A stretch of DNA of 64,000 bases from Podarcis erhardii (lineage: Eukaryota), in the NCBI GenBank assembly GCA_964252035.1, contig OZ176204.1. One strand, 5' to 3'. The notes under the pieces were generated by a model. It made no database searches. It saw only the letters and a program-made list of their open reading frames with translations, and had not been told where the DNA came from. The position numbers and the translations under genes were made by a program. This document shows positions 28,268 through 41,200 of this stretch, piece after piece (the stretch's first letter is position 1; every line of letters begins with the position of its first letter).

Positions 28268-28518
28268 CAGTTGCACCTTGGATCTTGAACGACTTGCAAG
28301 ACAAACGTTTTGGGTCCCAAATGCTGCAAACCCAGAAGTGATTATTCTGGTTTGTGTACGTTCTTTGGAACCCGAACGTCTGTTGTGACTTCCAGAGATT
28401 CCAATTGGCTGCAGGAGCTTCCTGCAACCAATCGGAAGCCACGCCTTGGTTTCTGAACTGTTTTGGAAATTGAACGGACTTCCGGAACGGATTCCGTTCG
28501 ACTTCCAAGGTACCACTA
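28268..28518. mobile_element. Tc1/mariner (Tigger-like) MITE
   Basis: ta|cagttgcaccttggatc ... cttccaaggtaccacta. Inverted homolog of the copy at 964-1188. Confidence 0.85.
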
Positions 28519-29001
28519 TTCAGCAGTTGTGCTAGTTGAATCTCATTGTGCAACACACACTTGCACAACATCCTGATGGTACAAAACATTATGTCAGCAG
28601 AATAAGTAACTTTAATGCTACATTGGATGCAACCCAATCCGGGAAAACCTTTTTAAAAATCAGCATTTTGTATTGGTACAATAAAATACCTTGAATTCTA
28701 AAAGAAGAGCTCATTTTTCACCCCAATCCATCTATGAATGTTACCCTGCCTAAAAGAGAGCTCCTGACATGTACAAACTAGCACAGCAACAAGATGGTTT
28801 GCATATAAACTCTTTCCCTGATGTGCTGTTTTCTTGCAAGCAAGGAACATCAGCGCTATGTCACCTCCAGTTGGCAGAGCTAGTAGATCAGAGTAGGTGG
28901 CCTGCAAGGGCTAATGTTCTGCCAGCCCTTGAAAAAAATATGTATCTAATAATGATTTCATGAGTTTTCAATACACTAAATATCCCAAATATTGTAATTT
29001 A

Positions 29002-29271
<270 letters not shown>

Positions 29272-31891
29272 TTATCACCATATCCCCCCCTTTTTGGGCC
29301 CAGGGGGCTGTGAGAACTTTGAGAAAACATGGAGGCTCAATGCAATGTGTACTTACTTGCAAATCATTCCTACTTCCTTTAATGGCTTGTACCTTAAAAA
29401 TTGCAGCCTTAAATATGTGTGGAATGATGATTCCTGTGGAAAGCTTCATCACAACCAGCACAAAACAATCATGCTAAATGCCGTGTTTAGGCTCCCCCAA
29501 AACCTTGCCTGCTCCAAAGGAGGAAAAAATAAGGCATTCTCTAGCAGCACAAAATGAAAACAACTTCGATTACTTTTGCTTCTCTTAAGAGGAAGTGTCG
29601 CTGTAACCTTCCTCATGTGGAAAGCAAGGCTTCGCTGACAGAGGTACATAGGCTTATAGCTCTGCAAGAACTCAATGGGATACTTCTATTGCCCTTTTGA
29701 CAAAGTGTGGCCTCAATTGCACAGGCTCCCTTTGTGAGGGCAGTGAAGAGGATGGTTTTCTCTTAGCATTTGATGGTGGGGAAGACTAGATGGGTCCTTC
29801 CAGCTCCACGATTCTAGCAGGCATAACTGAATTAGAGGGAATAAATGGCTTGGATGACAGGAGGCGCTACCATAAAAATAAATCTAGTGAGCCATGAAAG
29901 GGAGAGGATGAACTTCCAACATTTCTCCCCAAATGTTCTCACCGTCACTTTCTCCCGCAGGTGACACAAAATTCAGTCACATCAATTGGCTGGAATATAC
30001 GAGGTGAGATGGATGAGTGGTTTTGGCAGCGTTTCCTGGGACCCAGGAGATCAACAGAAGGGAGTGCTGGCCAATCTTTGCTGCTTTAAACTGTAACACT
30101 GGGTCTTGAATCAAGTATAGAAAGGCAGCTTTTTTCTTCTCCCCTTCAAACATATTCAGAGACAGAGCAAGAACAGGATGCTACAGGGCAAGTTTAGGGA
30201 ATCAGTGAGGAGAGAAAAGGCTTTTGCCAGGAACTTTACCCCTGCCTGCATGCCTGGTACCAAAATGTGCAGCCTGAAAAGCAGCATAATGCTGCTAAGG
30301 GATCATAAATAGAACTCGGCCAACTGATGAACTTGTCTGAAATGCTATTTAACTGAATAGAATGTCAATGAGAATTGTAAAGGACGCCACAGGTTTAAAT
30401 GTGTTTTCCTAGTAAAACCTTTTTACTTCATTGTAAAGAGCTTTGATGCGGTGATAAATAATATTGTAATTTCCTAGATGTGGGCCTCAGAAACACAAGC
30501 AATAAATGCTTTTTTCAAGCTGGTCCCACCGCTACTATATTACTTCAGAACAGCGAATTTGCTGGTCTAAAGCAGCAAACACAAAAAACATAATTAAGAT
30601 ACAAACTGGTAGAAGGAGGAAAGGCTTCCAACCCCAACTGGCTTAAGGAGAACTAAATAAAAAAGAGATGCTTAATAGTAAAGGTGGCTTTCTCAACAGG
30701 ACTTCCCATGGGAACCAAAATCTGCTCAGGAGGTTTCCCCAACCATTTCAAGCAATTTTGAAGGTTGGGGGTGGCAGAGGAAAGGAGAAGAGTGGAGGAA
30801 TTATGGTGCATGAGTGGAGCTACAACATGGGATACAACTAGTATCAGGAATTTATGTTTGTCACCAACTGTCTAGTTCTGTCCATGGGTAGCTTTCAGGA
30901 CTGAAACAACACAGCCCCAGCCAATGGAGTGTATTCTGCCTGTACCTTTTAGTACCTCAACAACACAGTGGAGAAATCTTCTTGCACAACATAATAAAAA
31001 AGCTACTATTCCCAATCATCTGATGGATGTACCAGCTTCCATGCTGGTAAACAAACTCTCCAATTCATGGCACCAATGTGCCTGGGGTCCATGGCTGCCA
31101 TTTTATGCTGCTGACACATCACTGTGCAATTGCTCTTGTGAGATAAAAGAAAGGTAAAGCAGTCTTTCTTTACTGACATTTTTTTTCTTAAATGAAGGAT
31201 CTGAACCAAAGATGACTTATCCTGGCTACAAACAAGCGTTTTGTACATACGGACATCCAAGGCAGGCAGATAACAAAAGTACTTTTTGCAAGGGCAACCA
31301 AATCCAGACAATGAGCTGGAAAGACAAGAACTGAATGTGAGCAAGCACTATCTGTGATGGATGGCAGCTCTAATTTAATTAGTTACTGCATAACTCTGCA
31401 AAAAAGCTGTCAAAAGTTTGCTGTGTGATGGTAAACACAACTGGCTACACTTGCAACTCTTGTATCCGCTCTAAAGTCCTTCCTAAAGAACAATTTGCTC
31501 CAGGGGTTACTAATAAAGTGGCCTTCCAGGGTACAGCCTTGAGCATTTAATATCTGTTCTTCAGTCTCAGATGCTATGCCATTTATAAAGAGCTTTCTTG
31601 TTAAAACAGCACATTTTGATCATTGCACAACCGATGCTTGGGGACAACAAAGAGGTTGCGGTGAACCTGTGCATTAAGATCAATTGTGCTAAATGCATGG
31701 ATAGCGTGGCCATCTCTCCAATGCCAAGTGAAAAAAATTTTTTTTTTCCTTCTTAAAGTCATGTTGCTTTTCTCGCTCCTTTAATGAGAAAAGGGATTTG
31801 ACCACTTACCGGAGGTCATACACTTACTTCCCCAGCCCCACACCTTCATGTGTCAATTTCACCTATTCCTCACATACACAATTCAGTGTTA

Positions 31892-32286
31892 CCATACTTT
31901 TCTGTCTATAAGACACCCCCTATTTTGGGGGGGCTCAAACTTAAGAAAATGGGAGAGGGCTGCCCAGAATTGTTAAGTTAAGCTTTTTTTGGGGGGGGGG
32001 ATTCCACTTGCAAATAACAAGCAATGCAAACCAAAATACCAAAGCAGCAGCCAATACAAACCAGCCCTTGCCGCATCCGCTAATAACCCACCCATTTCAC
32101 AAAGCAGCAGCCAATACAAAGCAGCCCTTGCAGCAGACACCATTCACCCACCCAATCGCTAGATCCTGCTCGCGGATGCAACCAATTGCCCGTCCCCCCT
32201 CTGCACTACCCATGTATAAGACGACCCTTCCCTTTTTACTTTATTTTGGAGTAAAAAACCCTCATCTAATACAAGGAAAAGTACAG
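31892..32286. mobile_element. Tc1/mariner-superfamily MITE (CCGTAC/TTTTC-type TIR) with an internal ~60-bp tandem duplication
   Basis: ta|ccatacttttctgtctataagac ... atacaaggaaaagtacag|ta; aaagcagcagccaatacaaa.cagcccttgc occurs at 32041 and 32101. Confidence 0.8.
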
Positions 32287-33662
32287 TATATCAACATTAA
32301 TCAAATGTACCTCAAAACCCAGGGACACAGAAAGCAAGCCATGGTTAACATCAGTCAGATATTAATACCTAACCATCATAAAGAGATAGAGGAGATGTAG
32401 ATTCAAGAAGGGAGAGGTCCCCTTAGATAGGGTTGGAAAACCTGTGGCCCTCCAAATATGGTCCCTGGCTATTGATCATGGCAGCTGGGGCTCTTGGGCA
32501 TCCTTACTCTTAATGGCCAAACTAGCATCCTGACTGCAATGGTCCTGCCGGCACTAACATAGTCACATATGTTACAAAAATATTCCATAAGAAAGAAGCA
32601 GGAAAAAAACTAAAAAACTGGAAGAAAGTGAGAAATGTATTTCCAGCTTTGCAAACTAGGCACGCTATTGCCCCAATGACTAAAGTATTATTTAGGGAGA
32701 AGAGGAGTTATATACAAAGAGAGGAGAGCATTTCCTGACACAAAGCAAGCAAAGGAAAAGACACGTTAAGTGACTTTAAGGCTCTGGCCAATCCAGAGAC
32801 AGAAACATTAATTGCAGGGATGACTTCCAGGTATTAGCTGATAATGAATGAAATCACACATGTCTTCATCGTTAAAAGCAGACGGGACCTCTTGACAGTC
32901 CTGAAAAAAACATGCAATAGTTGCTCAAAAGGACACAGTCCTTCCTACAAACTATTAATGAACCACTGTTCCAGACAAGTGCCCGGAATTGGAGTATTAC
33001 TGGAGCAATATTTTATTGACGCTATAAAGCTAAATGGACCTTCTGAAGAACTGAAGTCATCACTGACACTGAGACTCTACCAAACAGTCAGGATGGTTAG
33101 CCGCAGTTTAGAAAGGCACATTTTGTCTTGGAGGCTCCCTTGCAAAAACCATTCAGGCTTAGAGATGCCGGGAAGAATATATTTCAGGCATCATTAGCCT
33201 CCACTAGTTTTACAGGATGATCCCCAGGCGACTTTGCTAGTATCTGACTCAGTTTAGTAAAATGCAGCTTGCACTGGCAGAATCTTTTAGGGAATGGAGT
33301 CTTGGCCCAAGTTATTTTAATGAGGCCCCAATAAAAGCCTGTTTTGCAAAAGGCTTTGGCATGCTTGCTTATGTCATGTTTTCCCACAAACAACTTTGAT
33401 GTGAAACTCCGTATGTTATGATTAGAAGATGTAGGTTAATCTGCATTAATGTGCAGAGTAGGTGTGCCTTTGTGTGCAGTTAGCTAACACATGTCCTGCT
33501 GAACAGCCAAGGGTTTCCAATCTGTGATCCAGAGGTCCCACATTGCGGGAGGAGGAGACTTTGCAATGCTAGAAAAGCTTCCCTGAAAAGACTTGCCTAA
33601 TATTGCAGGGGAGACCTGGGTACATTCTGAGTGCTCTCAGTGGATGATAATAAGACCCAATA

Positions 33663-33923
33663 CAGTGGACGCTTGGGTTGCGAATGTGATCTGTGCGGGA
33701 GGCACGTTCACAACCCGCAGCGTTCGCAACCCACAGCACCGCGCCTGCGCACACGCGGGTCACGATTCAGTGCTTCTGCACATGCACAAAGCATGATTTA
33801 GCGCTTCTACGCATATGCAAGCGCCGAAACCCAGAAGTAACCCTTTCCAGTACTTCCGGGTTTGGGACGGTGCGCAACCCGAAAATGCAGAACCTGAAGC
33901 GTCTGTAACCCAAGGTATGACTA
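33663..33923. mobile_element. Tc1/mariner (Tigger-like) MITE
   Basis: ta|cagtggacgcttgggttgcg ... gtaacccaaggtatgacta|ta; imperfect TIRs, TA flanks, CpG-rich interior. Confidence 0.8.
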
Positions 33924-34439
33924 TATAAACTTGAGTTGGTATCTTAGACTTAAGACTATACCCCAATTCCTTTGCAGCATGCAAAAGTTCCTTGGAATAA
34001 ACTCTGGGTATCCTCAGCAGACATGCTGATATAGAAAGGATAGCCTGGAGCAAAGAAGTTCGAAAACCTTTGTCTTGGACTAAATCCCAACCTTCTGTTT
34101 CTCTCTTATAGGCTGCTCTTTTTTTGCTTTTTTTTTCTGGGAGTGAGCCCCACTGAAAACAGGGTGACTTACTCTTGAATGAACGGGAAAAGATTTGCTC
34201 TGTTAACAAATTAAGTATTTATGTCAATGACTTCATCGATTCGGCTGCTTTTGAGCTTCTCTCCCTAATCTCTTTGGCTTGAAACCTGCACCAAGTCTCT
34301 CGCTCCCTGACGTGGTTATTTTCTTCATCTTGTCTCCAGCAACTGCTCAGACTTTCCACTAGAGAAATTCCCCTTATTGATCATTAGTTTGTCACTTTCA
34401 CTCTCCGTCTTCCCCTCACACCAACTCTACCTTTTGCTC

Positions 34440-34890
34440 CTTCTATGACCTGCAGTCTATCATTGCAATGGCTTTCTTTGAAACACTGTTCCTTTTTTAA
34501 TGGCCGTTTTCAACTATGTATGCTCAACTCTGATTTTTTTTGTCCCACAGTCCCATTCAACTGTTTGCTCCATAATCTCCAGCCCCAGCTTCCCTCTGAA
34601 CTCACTATCTCTGTTCACACTCTTGAGTTGCTGAGCCCCTTCGGAGGAAGTAAACACATCAGTCAAACTTCATTCCATTTAAAAAGTCCATTATCTCTTC
34701 TCCTCTGGCCAAGCACCATCACTACACCTCCTCCTAGGCCAACCCATTCATTCCAATAATCCTCATAGCCTTTTCTCTACCTTTTATACTATACCAAAGC
34801 CTATTCCTTCCTCCTCCCCACCCTTGGACCAAGACCTCATCACTCCTCCAATTCAAAAAAATGAAAGCTCTCCATATTTCTCTTGCCTCT
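34440..34890 (+). mobile_element. Old, degraded L2 ORF2 fragment (region between endonuclease and RT)
   Basis: Interrupted translation gives CSHS*VAEPLRRK, PLAKHHHYTS and IHSNNPHSLFSTF..KP, resembling the L2 motifs CSRAAERLWRK, AKQ.YY.S and NNPRRLFSTF. C/T-rich composition is typical of L2 sense strand. Confidence 0.65.
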
Positions 34891-35985
34891 GCCACAATTT
34901 TTTGAGGTGTCTTAGGGTAAACCTACTGTTGCCAGGCCTCAGACCTGACCCCTTGAATCTTCAACATGGGAATAATTTTGACTTGGTTTGAAGGCACACT
35001 AAGCCAAACCATGGTCATGTTGTTGTCATGCCAGGCTTAACTACCCTAGGGCTTGGACTCAGGATTGCCAGTCGTCCAAATCCAGTCTCATGGTTCAGCT
35101 CTCTCCAGAATACTCATGAGATGTAAATAAGGTTTGTTCTTCGTTTATGGGTTGCGGTTTGTTTGGGAGAAGCTAAGCTAGGTTCAGAAGAGGTGACCTC
35201 AGTGTGGCACAGCAGAAAAACCACTGGGGAGCAGCGCAGCAGCTACAATCTGCTCCCTCAGGGGGGATGGTTGCACTGGCCAGCTCTGGACCCCACCATC
35301 TTGATATATTCTCTATTTGGAATTGGATTACAGCAATGGAAGAACAAGAAATGGCTTTTCAATGCAGAAACAGAGGTTCTTAATCAGTTCTCATTTTGGT
35401 TTAATTGTTACGTGCAGATAATAGTTAATCAGAAAAGGAGCACTACAGGTCTCCTAAGGAACTGTCAAGCCATTCTTGTGCTGCCATAACTGAGTACTTT
35501 CATTAGCAGATTAAAATATGTCCTTTCACTTTTAAGTGTTTTTATTCAAGGTCTCTCAGCGTGCATTTAACTTCTGCAACAGCTCCAACCTCGTTCCCCC
35601 CTCAAAATTATGAGCCTACTTTCCATAATTTATTTTCCCCACATAAGTTCATAATATATAAATGACAAATTACCCAGTCAAAATGGATAATTAATTCAAG
35701 GTCACGCCAGTGGTTATGCATCTTTCCCCAGTTAACTCGGGCAAAAAAAGAACACAGGGGCCTAGCGCTATGCAGAAGTGTGAGCTTTGAAAACCAACAT
35801 GTAACCCCTCCATATATCCCCCCCCAACTGTATGGCCACATTTTCTTCTTGCCACGTATGACCAAACGGTGGTGATCCATACGATTATCCCTGTCAGACA
35901 TGCCAGCCCACAATCCAGCCAAACATTATTTGCGCTCACAATAAGTCGCAGCCTATCTCCGTTCCACTGCCCAAAGGCTACTCAC

Positions 35986-36123
35986 TTCTCCATCCTGGAA
36001 ATGCTTCTTGAGTTGTTTCAGCATGAGAGTGAGCTTTTTCGATTGCACTCCACTATAAGCCAGAAGCATGCTGCCAAACTGGCGCTCCGTGATCCGGCCA
36101 TTTACTGGATCGTGCCTTTCAAA
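35986..36123 (-). CDS. MICU1: MICU1 internal coding exon (138 nt, phase 0-0): [46 protein letters not shown]
   Basis: Matches recalled human [31 protein letters not shown]. Acceptor ttttctgttccag|TTT, donor GAA|gtgagt. Confidence 0.97.
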
Positions 36124-38011
36124 CTGGAACAGAAAAGGAACAACACCGATTTGTCAGTTTCATGCATCAATAAACCACAACTTTTTGTGTCCTTTCATGA
36201 TTTAAAAAAAAAATTAATTTTTGCTGTAGCAGTAGCGGAGATAAGTCGACCTTTCACAATAGCACTCTACATTTCTCAATTATCCCTGGAAAGGAATCAT
36301 TCCCTTCACAATTCCCAGCAGCCATGTTAAAATGCTGATTTCCATTTTATAGCCAGGTTTTCTAATGGGGGGGTCTCCATTAGATCTCGATTAGCCTGGC
36401 ACATACAAGTAATTGTTTTCTTCTAGTGTCTTGTATTTTTCAGGACGTAAGGCATTATCTTATTAAATACCACCACAATGGTCTTCAAAGATGGTTTGCT
36501 TGGATTCTAATGGGTATACATGGTTTTATAATTGGTTTTGGTTTCTAAATGAATCCAATATTTTCATTCATGCTAAAAATGTGAAGAGTATTTTCCCTTC
36601 GCCATTAAATACATTATGCATAACAAGCCTGAAAAACATGGCATTCTACACATTGATTTGTACGGGGTAGTCAGACTGCTTTGAACTAGAAGTGCTAGGA
36701 TAAAGAGATGGCAGTTCCTTCAAGGCATCTTTCTTCAGAAGGAATAAGTCAGAATTTCTGACGAAGACTTGGTCACATTTTTCAGATGTCACAGCCAAAC
36801 ATACTGTGAGCTCCTCCGTATTCCATTCTGAGTATTCAACCAGCACACTGATTCCCTTTTTGACTTCCTGGCCCCTGGCAAGCATAGTTTGCTGTGAGAT
36901 CTGAAGCAGGTAAACAGTGGGTGTTATTAACCACAATTTCTTTCCAAACCGGAATTTTGGGTGTGTGTTCTTTTTTGTATATTCTGTTGTTGTAAATCAC
37001 CTTGTGTATAGTAATATAGAAAGGCGGTATACATAGTAAAAGTGAAATGAAATAAAATGTAATGAAGACTCTAAAACCTATTTAAAACTGGCTTCCCAAG
37101 TATTGCTAATATAGTATAATATGGTATAGTTTGCCTGATCTGGATTTCCTGTTTGCTGCAGCTCAGGAAGTGGAGAAGGGAACGTGCACATGTTCAATGC
37201 TTCCAATATTCAAATATTTTGGCTATGACACCTGAACATGAACCTCAGGATAAATAGAGGCATTTACTTCTAAACACTCTATTGTAGGGACCAAGTGTTT
37301 CACATTGATCCAAATAAGTGCAATGATAGGTGCATGTTGTGGGAATGCTGGAGGAAGAATGCAAGGAGGACAAAGCTCCCATCTGTTTAAGCTGTTTTCT
37401 ACCACATGCATCAGGTGAATGAGCCTCAGGCTCACATGTATTCTCAATCCCAGGCTAATAAATTCATATTTACTTGGAAAGCTCACTGAACACAAATACT
37501 TCGACTGAAAGTGGAACACAGAAAGCAGACCTTGGGAAATCCCTAGTACAGATGAACTGGGCACTGTGTGATTTCCAGTCATATGGAGACAGACAGGTAT
37601 GAATTCCTATTAGGCCAAGACTTGTTTCCCTCCAAGGCTGGGTCAGGGCTAGTGCAAGTGCAAGACATTTTGCTGCCTGAGGCAGAACAGCAAATCCCCC
37701 GGTCAGGGTGCATAGTAGAGTACTCATGGCTGCCCAGATTATTTCGGCACTTGAGACAGAAAAGTCCTCAGGTGCCTCTCCATGGGAGCTAAAACAGAAC
37801 TATCATAAATTAAGTAACTTGTTAAGAAATAATTTGTTGCCCTTTTTATGACATCCTAAATCAACTGCCTCACTCTGTTAAATGGTAGGGAGGCAGAAAC
37901 AGGGGTGGGTACAGTCTCCTTGTACTGTAATGTCTAGAGTTACCCTAGATATTTTTCTAATCCATTGTCATTAAGGAACAAATATATACAATGAGTGGCT
38001 GTGTGGTATGT

Positions 38012-38276
38012 TAGGGTTGCCATATTTCAAAACGTGAAAATCTGGACACAAAAGTTGTTAAGCTTCCTTTTTTTTGCAAAGTTGTTGTTGTTGCTAACCA
38101 AAAAAAGAAGTTTTTGAGCTTTTTTTTTAAAGGAAAATTACCAAAATCTACACTTCTGACATTGGTTGCCATATATCCGGATTTTCCCAGACTTTTCAGC
38201 AATTTCTGCCCAGACACTGTTTCTGACGACCAAATCCCAGCTACATCTAGGAAATTCTGGATGTATGGCAACCCTA
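38012..38276. mobile_element. hAT-type MITE
   Basis: Perfect 13-bp TIR tagggttgccata / tatggcaacccta. 8-bp target duplication tggtatgt / ttgtatgt (1 mismatch). Confidence 0.92.
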
Positions 38277-41200
38277 TTGTATGTTGACATTTTCACACAA
38301 ATTATGAAATAACCTGTTACTATCCAGCACCTTTCCCCAATAACAAGAGCACCTTGCTCAGAGGTTACCTGTTTTCATGTACTTGACACAGAAACTCATT
38401 CTGTCTTAGTTTCCAGTGCCACTCATTTTAAAGTGCAGCTCTTGAATGCTATACAGATGAAAGATTAAGAGATACTCGAGGACTGCTTCCTCCCATGCCA
38501 TCCTGCCTGCTCTCTAAGATTAGGAGAAGAAGCCCTTCTCTGTAACCCACCTAGAGTGAAAATGATGCTTGACAATGGTAACAAGAGATAGGGCCTTCTC
38601 AGTGGTTGAAAGGCAAGATATTTCATAGTATTGATGCACAAAGTGCACATGGCACTCTCTCTGGCTGTCCTGCCCCCCTCCCCCCAGCTGGCTGGTAAAG
38701 ACACTTTTATTCCAGAAGGCTTTTGCATGCTAAGGTTTATCTGTGAAGATTATTACTATCTGTAGTCTCTGCCACTGTTGCTCTGAAATGCATTTTTAAT
38801 GTGCATTTTCTGTACCCTTGTTCACATACTTTTTTGTTTTCTTAAATCATATTTGTTGTATGCTACACTGAGTGCATGCATGGGTGCTAGAAGGGTGGAA
38901 TAGAAATTTTTACATAAATATCTTCAAAGCAATCTATTGGGGCCACTCACCCTCCCCAATTTACAATATGAACAAACCTAGTGCATATCCGCTTATTCCC
39001 CTTAACATGGAGGCAGCAAAACATCTATCAGAGCTCATAAATTTACACAAAGTAACACAGCCTTTTAAATCATTTTCATAGGTGTATTTAAACACAAACA
39101 CCAAGCATTGGTTTATTACGTTTACAGCCACATGGGAGCAATTAAATAAAAACTGCTCCCAGAGTTGTTGTTTTTTTTAAAATAACTTTTAAAAAGAGAG
39201 AAAAGGACATCCATCACAACTATCTGCAGTCACAATAAGCTGCAAGATAATGTGACCATTAGTACCTGAAGAGCAATAACTGTGTCCTAGACTAGCCTAT
39301 AAAAGAAGACACAATAACTCTAAGTAAGTCTTAAAGTAAACTATAAAACGAAATAATATAATCCAAAGCATAAAGTTTTCGCCATTGGTATTCACGCAGT
39401 CCCTTCAGAAAACTCGCCAATGGAGACACAAGCCACAGAAATATAACAAGCCCAGTGCTAACCTGACAAACTGCTCTTCAAAAAGATCCCTGCCTTCATG
39501 CTGTTAAAACCTCTCTGGAATACTGCTGTATCATTTAGACAGAACTGCGTAATAACCCAAACTCACTCAAGCAGATGCCATTTGTCACTCGATCTGACAG
39601 CATTTAAGGTTTTCCCAATTTCAGAGGTTCACCAGAAACTCAAAAGCAAGTGCCCGCTGTGCTCATCAAAACAGAAGAAGGCTGCAGTAAGCATGCTACA
39701 TTTATGGCTTACGTAACCGGCAACCCCAATGCACTCTGTTTTGGCATAAAAATACATCAACTGTTCTCTATACTTGACAGGAGAAAGCCAGAAAATCCCT
39801 TGGTGGTCGCCATGGATCAGAATTCTCTGGATGTGTAAAAAGATGGCTCTTTTTTTACCACATGCCTACAGCTTGATAGGGCAGGTTAAGTATTGATGTT
39901 TCAAGAGAGAAATCTGGGATTTAAGAGCTCACCTGAGCCTTCTTGTGCTGCTGCATGAAGAAAGGAAATGCTTTGGAGTTACCCCCAAGTGAATAAAGAG
40001 GCCTGACTTCTAAAATAAATAAATAAAACAGTATTCGCCAGCACTCCTAACCGAGCTCTGTTGCAGGGGCAAAAGAACCGCCTCAGGCTGTGTCTGCCTG
40101 AACTCTCCACTCCTGCCATTCTGCTCCAGAACAGAGAGCTCCTTCAGAAGATGTGTTTATTCAACATCCATCCAGATTTGCTTTCACAAAGCTTACAAAG
40201 CACTGCCTATATGGAATGTTGTTCAGATCTGTTTATACTGCAACAAGCCTGCACTCTGATTTGCTAGCAGTGTGTTCACACATCTTCCCGTGTTCATCCC
40301 ACACTATTCAACGCAGTTCCCCAATCACTTCCCAAGTCTCAAAATGCCTGAATAACACGCCATTAATCCACTTTAAATGTTCAAACTTAAAAGTTTTTTG
40401 GGGGTTTAATCCCTTCTGCAAAATACTGAGTCTTAGATTCACACCCTGTGAGGCATGACTCTGGTGTGAAGTGGTCCCTAAGGTTGCAATCTTAAGCTTA
40501 CTAGGGATGGAGATCTATTGGACTCAGCGGAGGGAATCTACTTCTGAATAAATAGGGTTAGGATCATGGCACAAACAGAGCACTAGAAATTTGCGCCAAG
40601 GAGAAGCCATGAAACAAAGAGGAGTAGCACATAATCTGTTTCACACACATAAACATTTTTAAAATACAGATTGAAAGGAGAGCTATTTGAAGTTCAAAAT
40701 TAATCTAGCGGAACACAATGCTTCAATATGCTGAATGCAAATACTTCATAAAAGCACTTAAATATGTAATAAAAATGGCTAGTTATATAGATTCCCCAAG
40801 GAAAGTACTCCTCTGTGAATAATCAAACCCAATTTATTTTCTGAGGTAGTATTTCTTTTTTCAGTTATCTTCTTTCTTTTTAGAAGTGCCCTTGTAGGCA
40901 GTTAAAACACACACACACATACTTGCCCTGAGATCAAACTTCCATTGAGACTTTAAAGAATAAAATGCAGAGACCAGGGACAATCTCTTTTCACTAAAAG
41001 TCTCCCCACCACTACTGAATAAGAAGCATTAAGGAGTTTTCCAATTTTGCACAAGATAATGGTGATGAGCCAAGGCTACATATAGTAAAACAATATCATA
41101 ATAAAAAAAAATGATTTTTCAATGTAGCTTTTGTCCTTTTCTCAAATGCTTATCAGCCAATGGGCAAGGACGCTTAAGAAAAGAGGGGGGAAATGACAAG

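Noticed and set aside
35869-36330. 153-aa plus-strand ORF
   Set aside because: It is the antisense shadow of the MICU1 exon at 35986-36123 and shows no independent coding signal.
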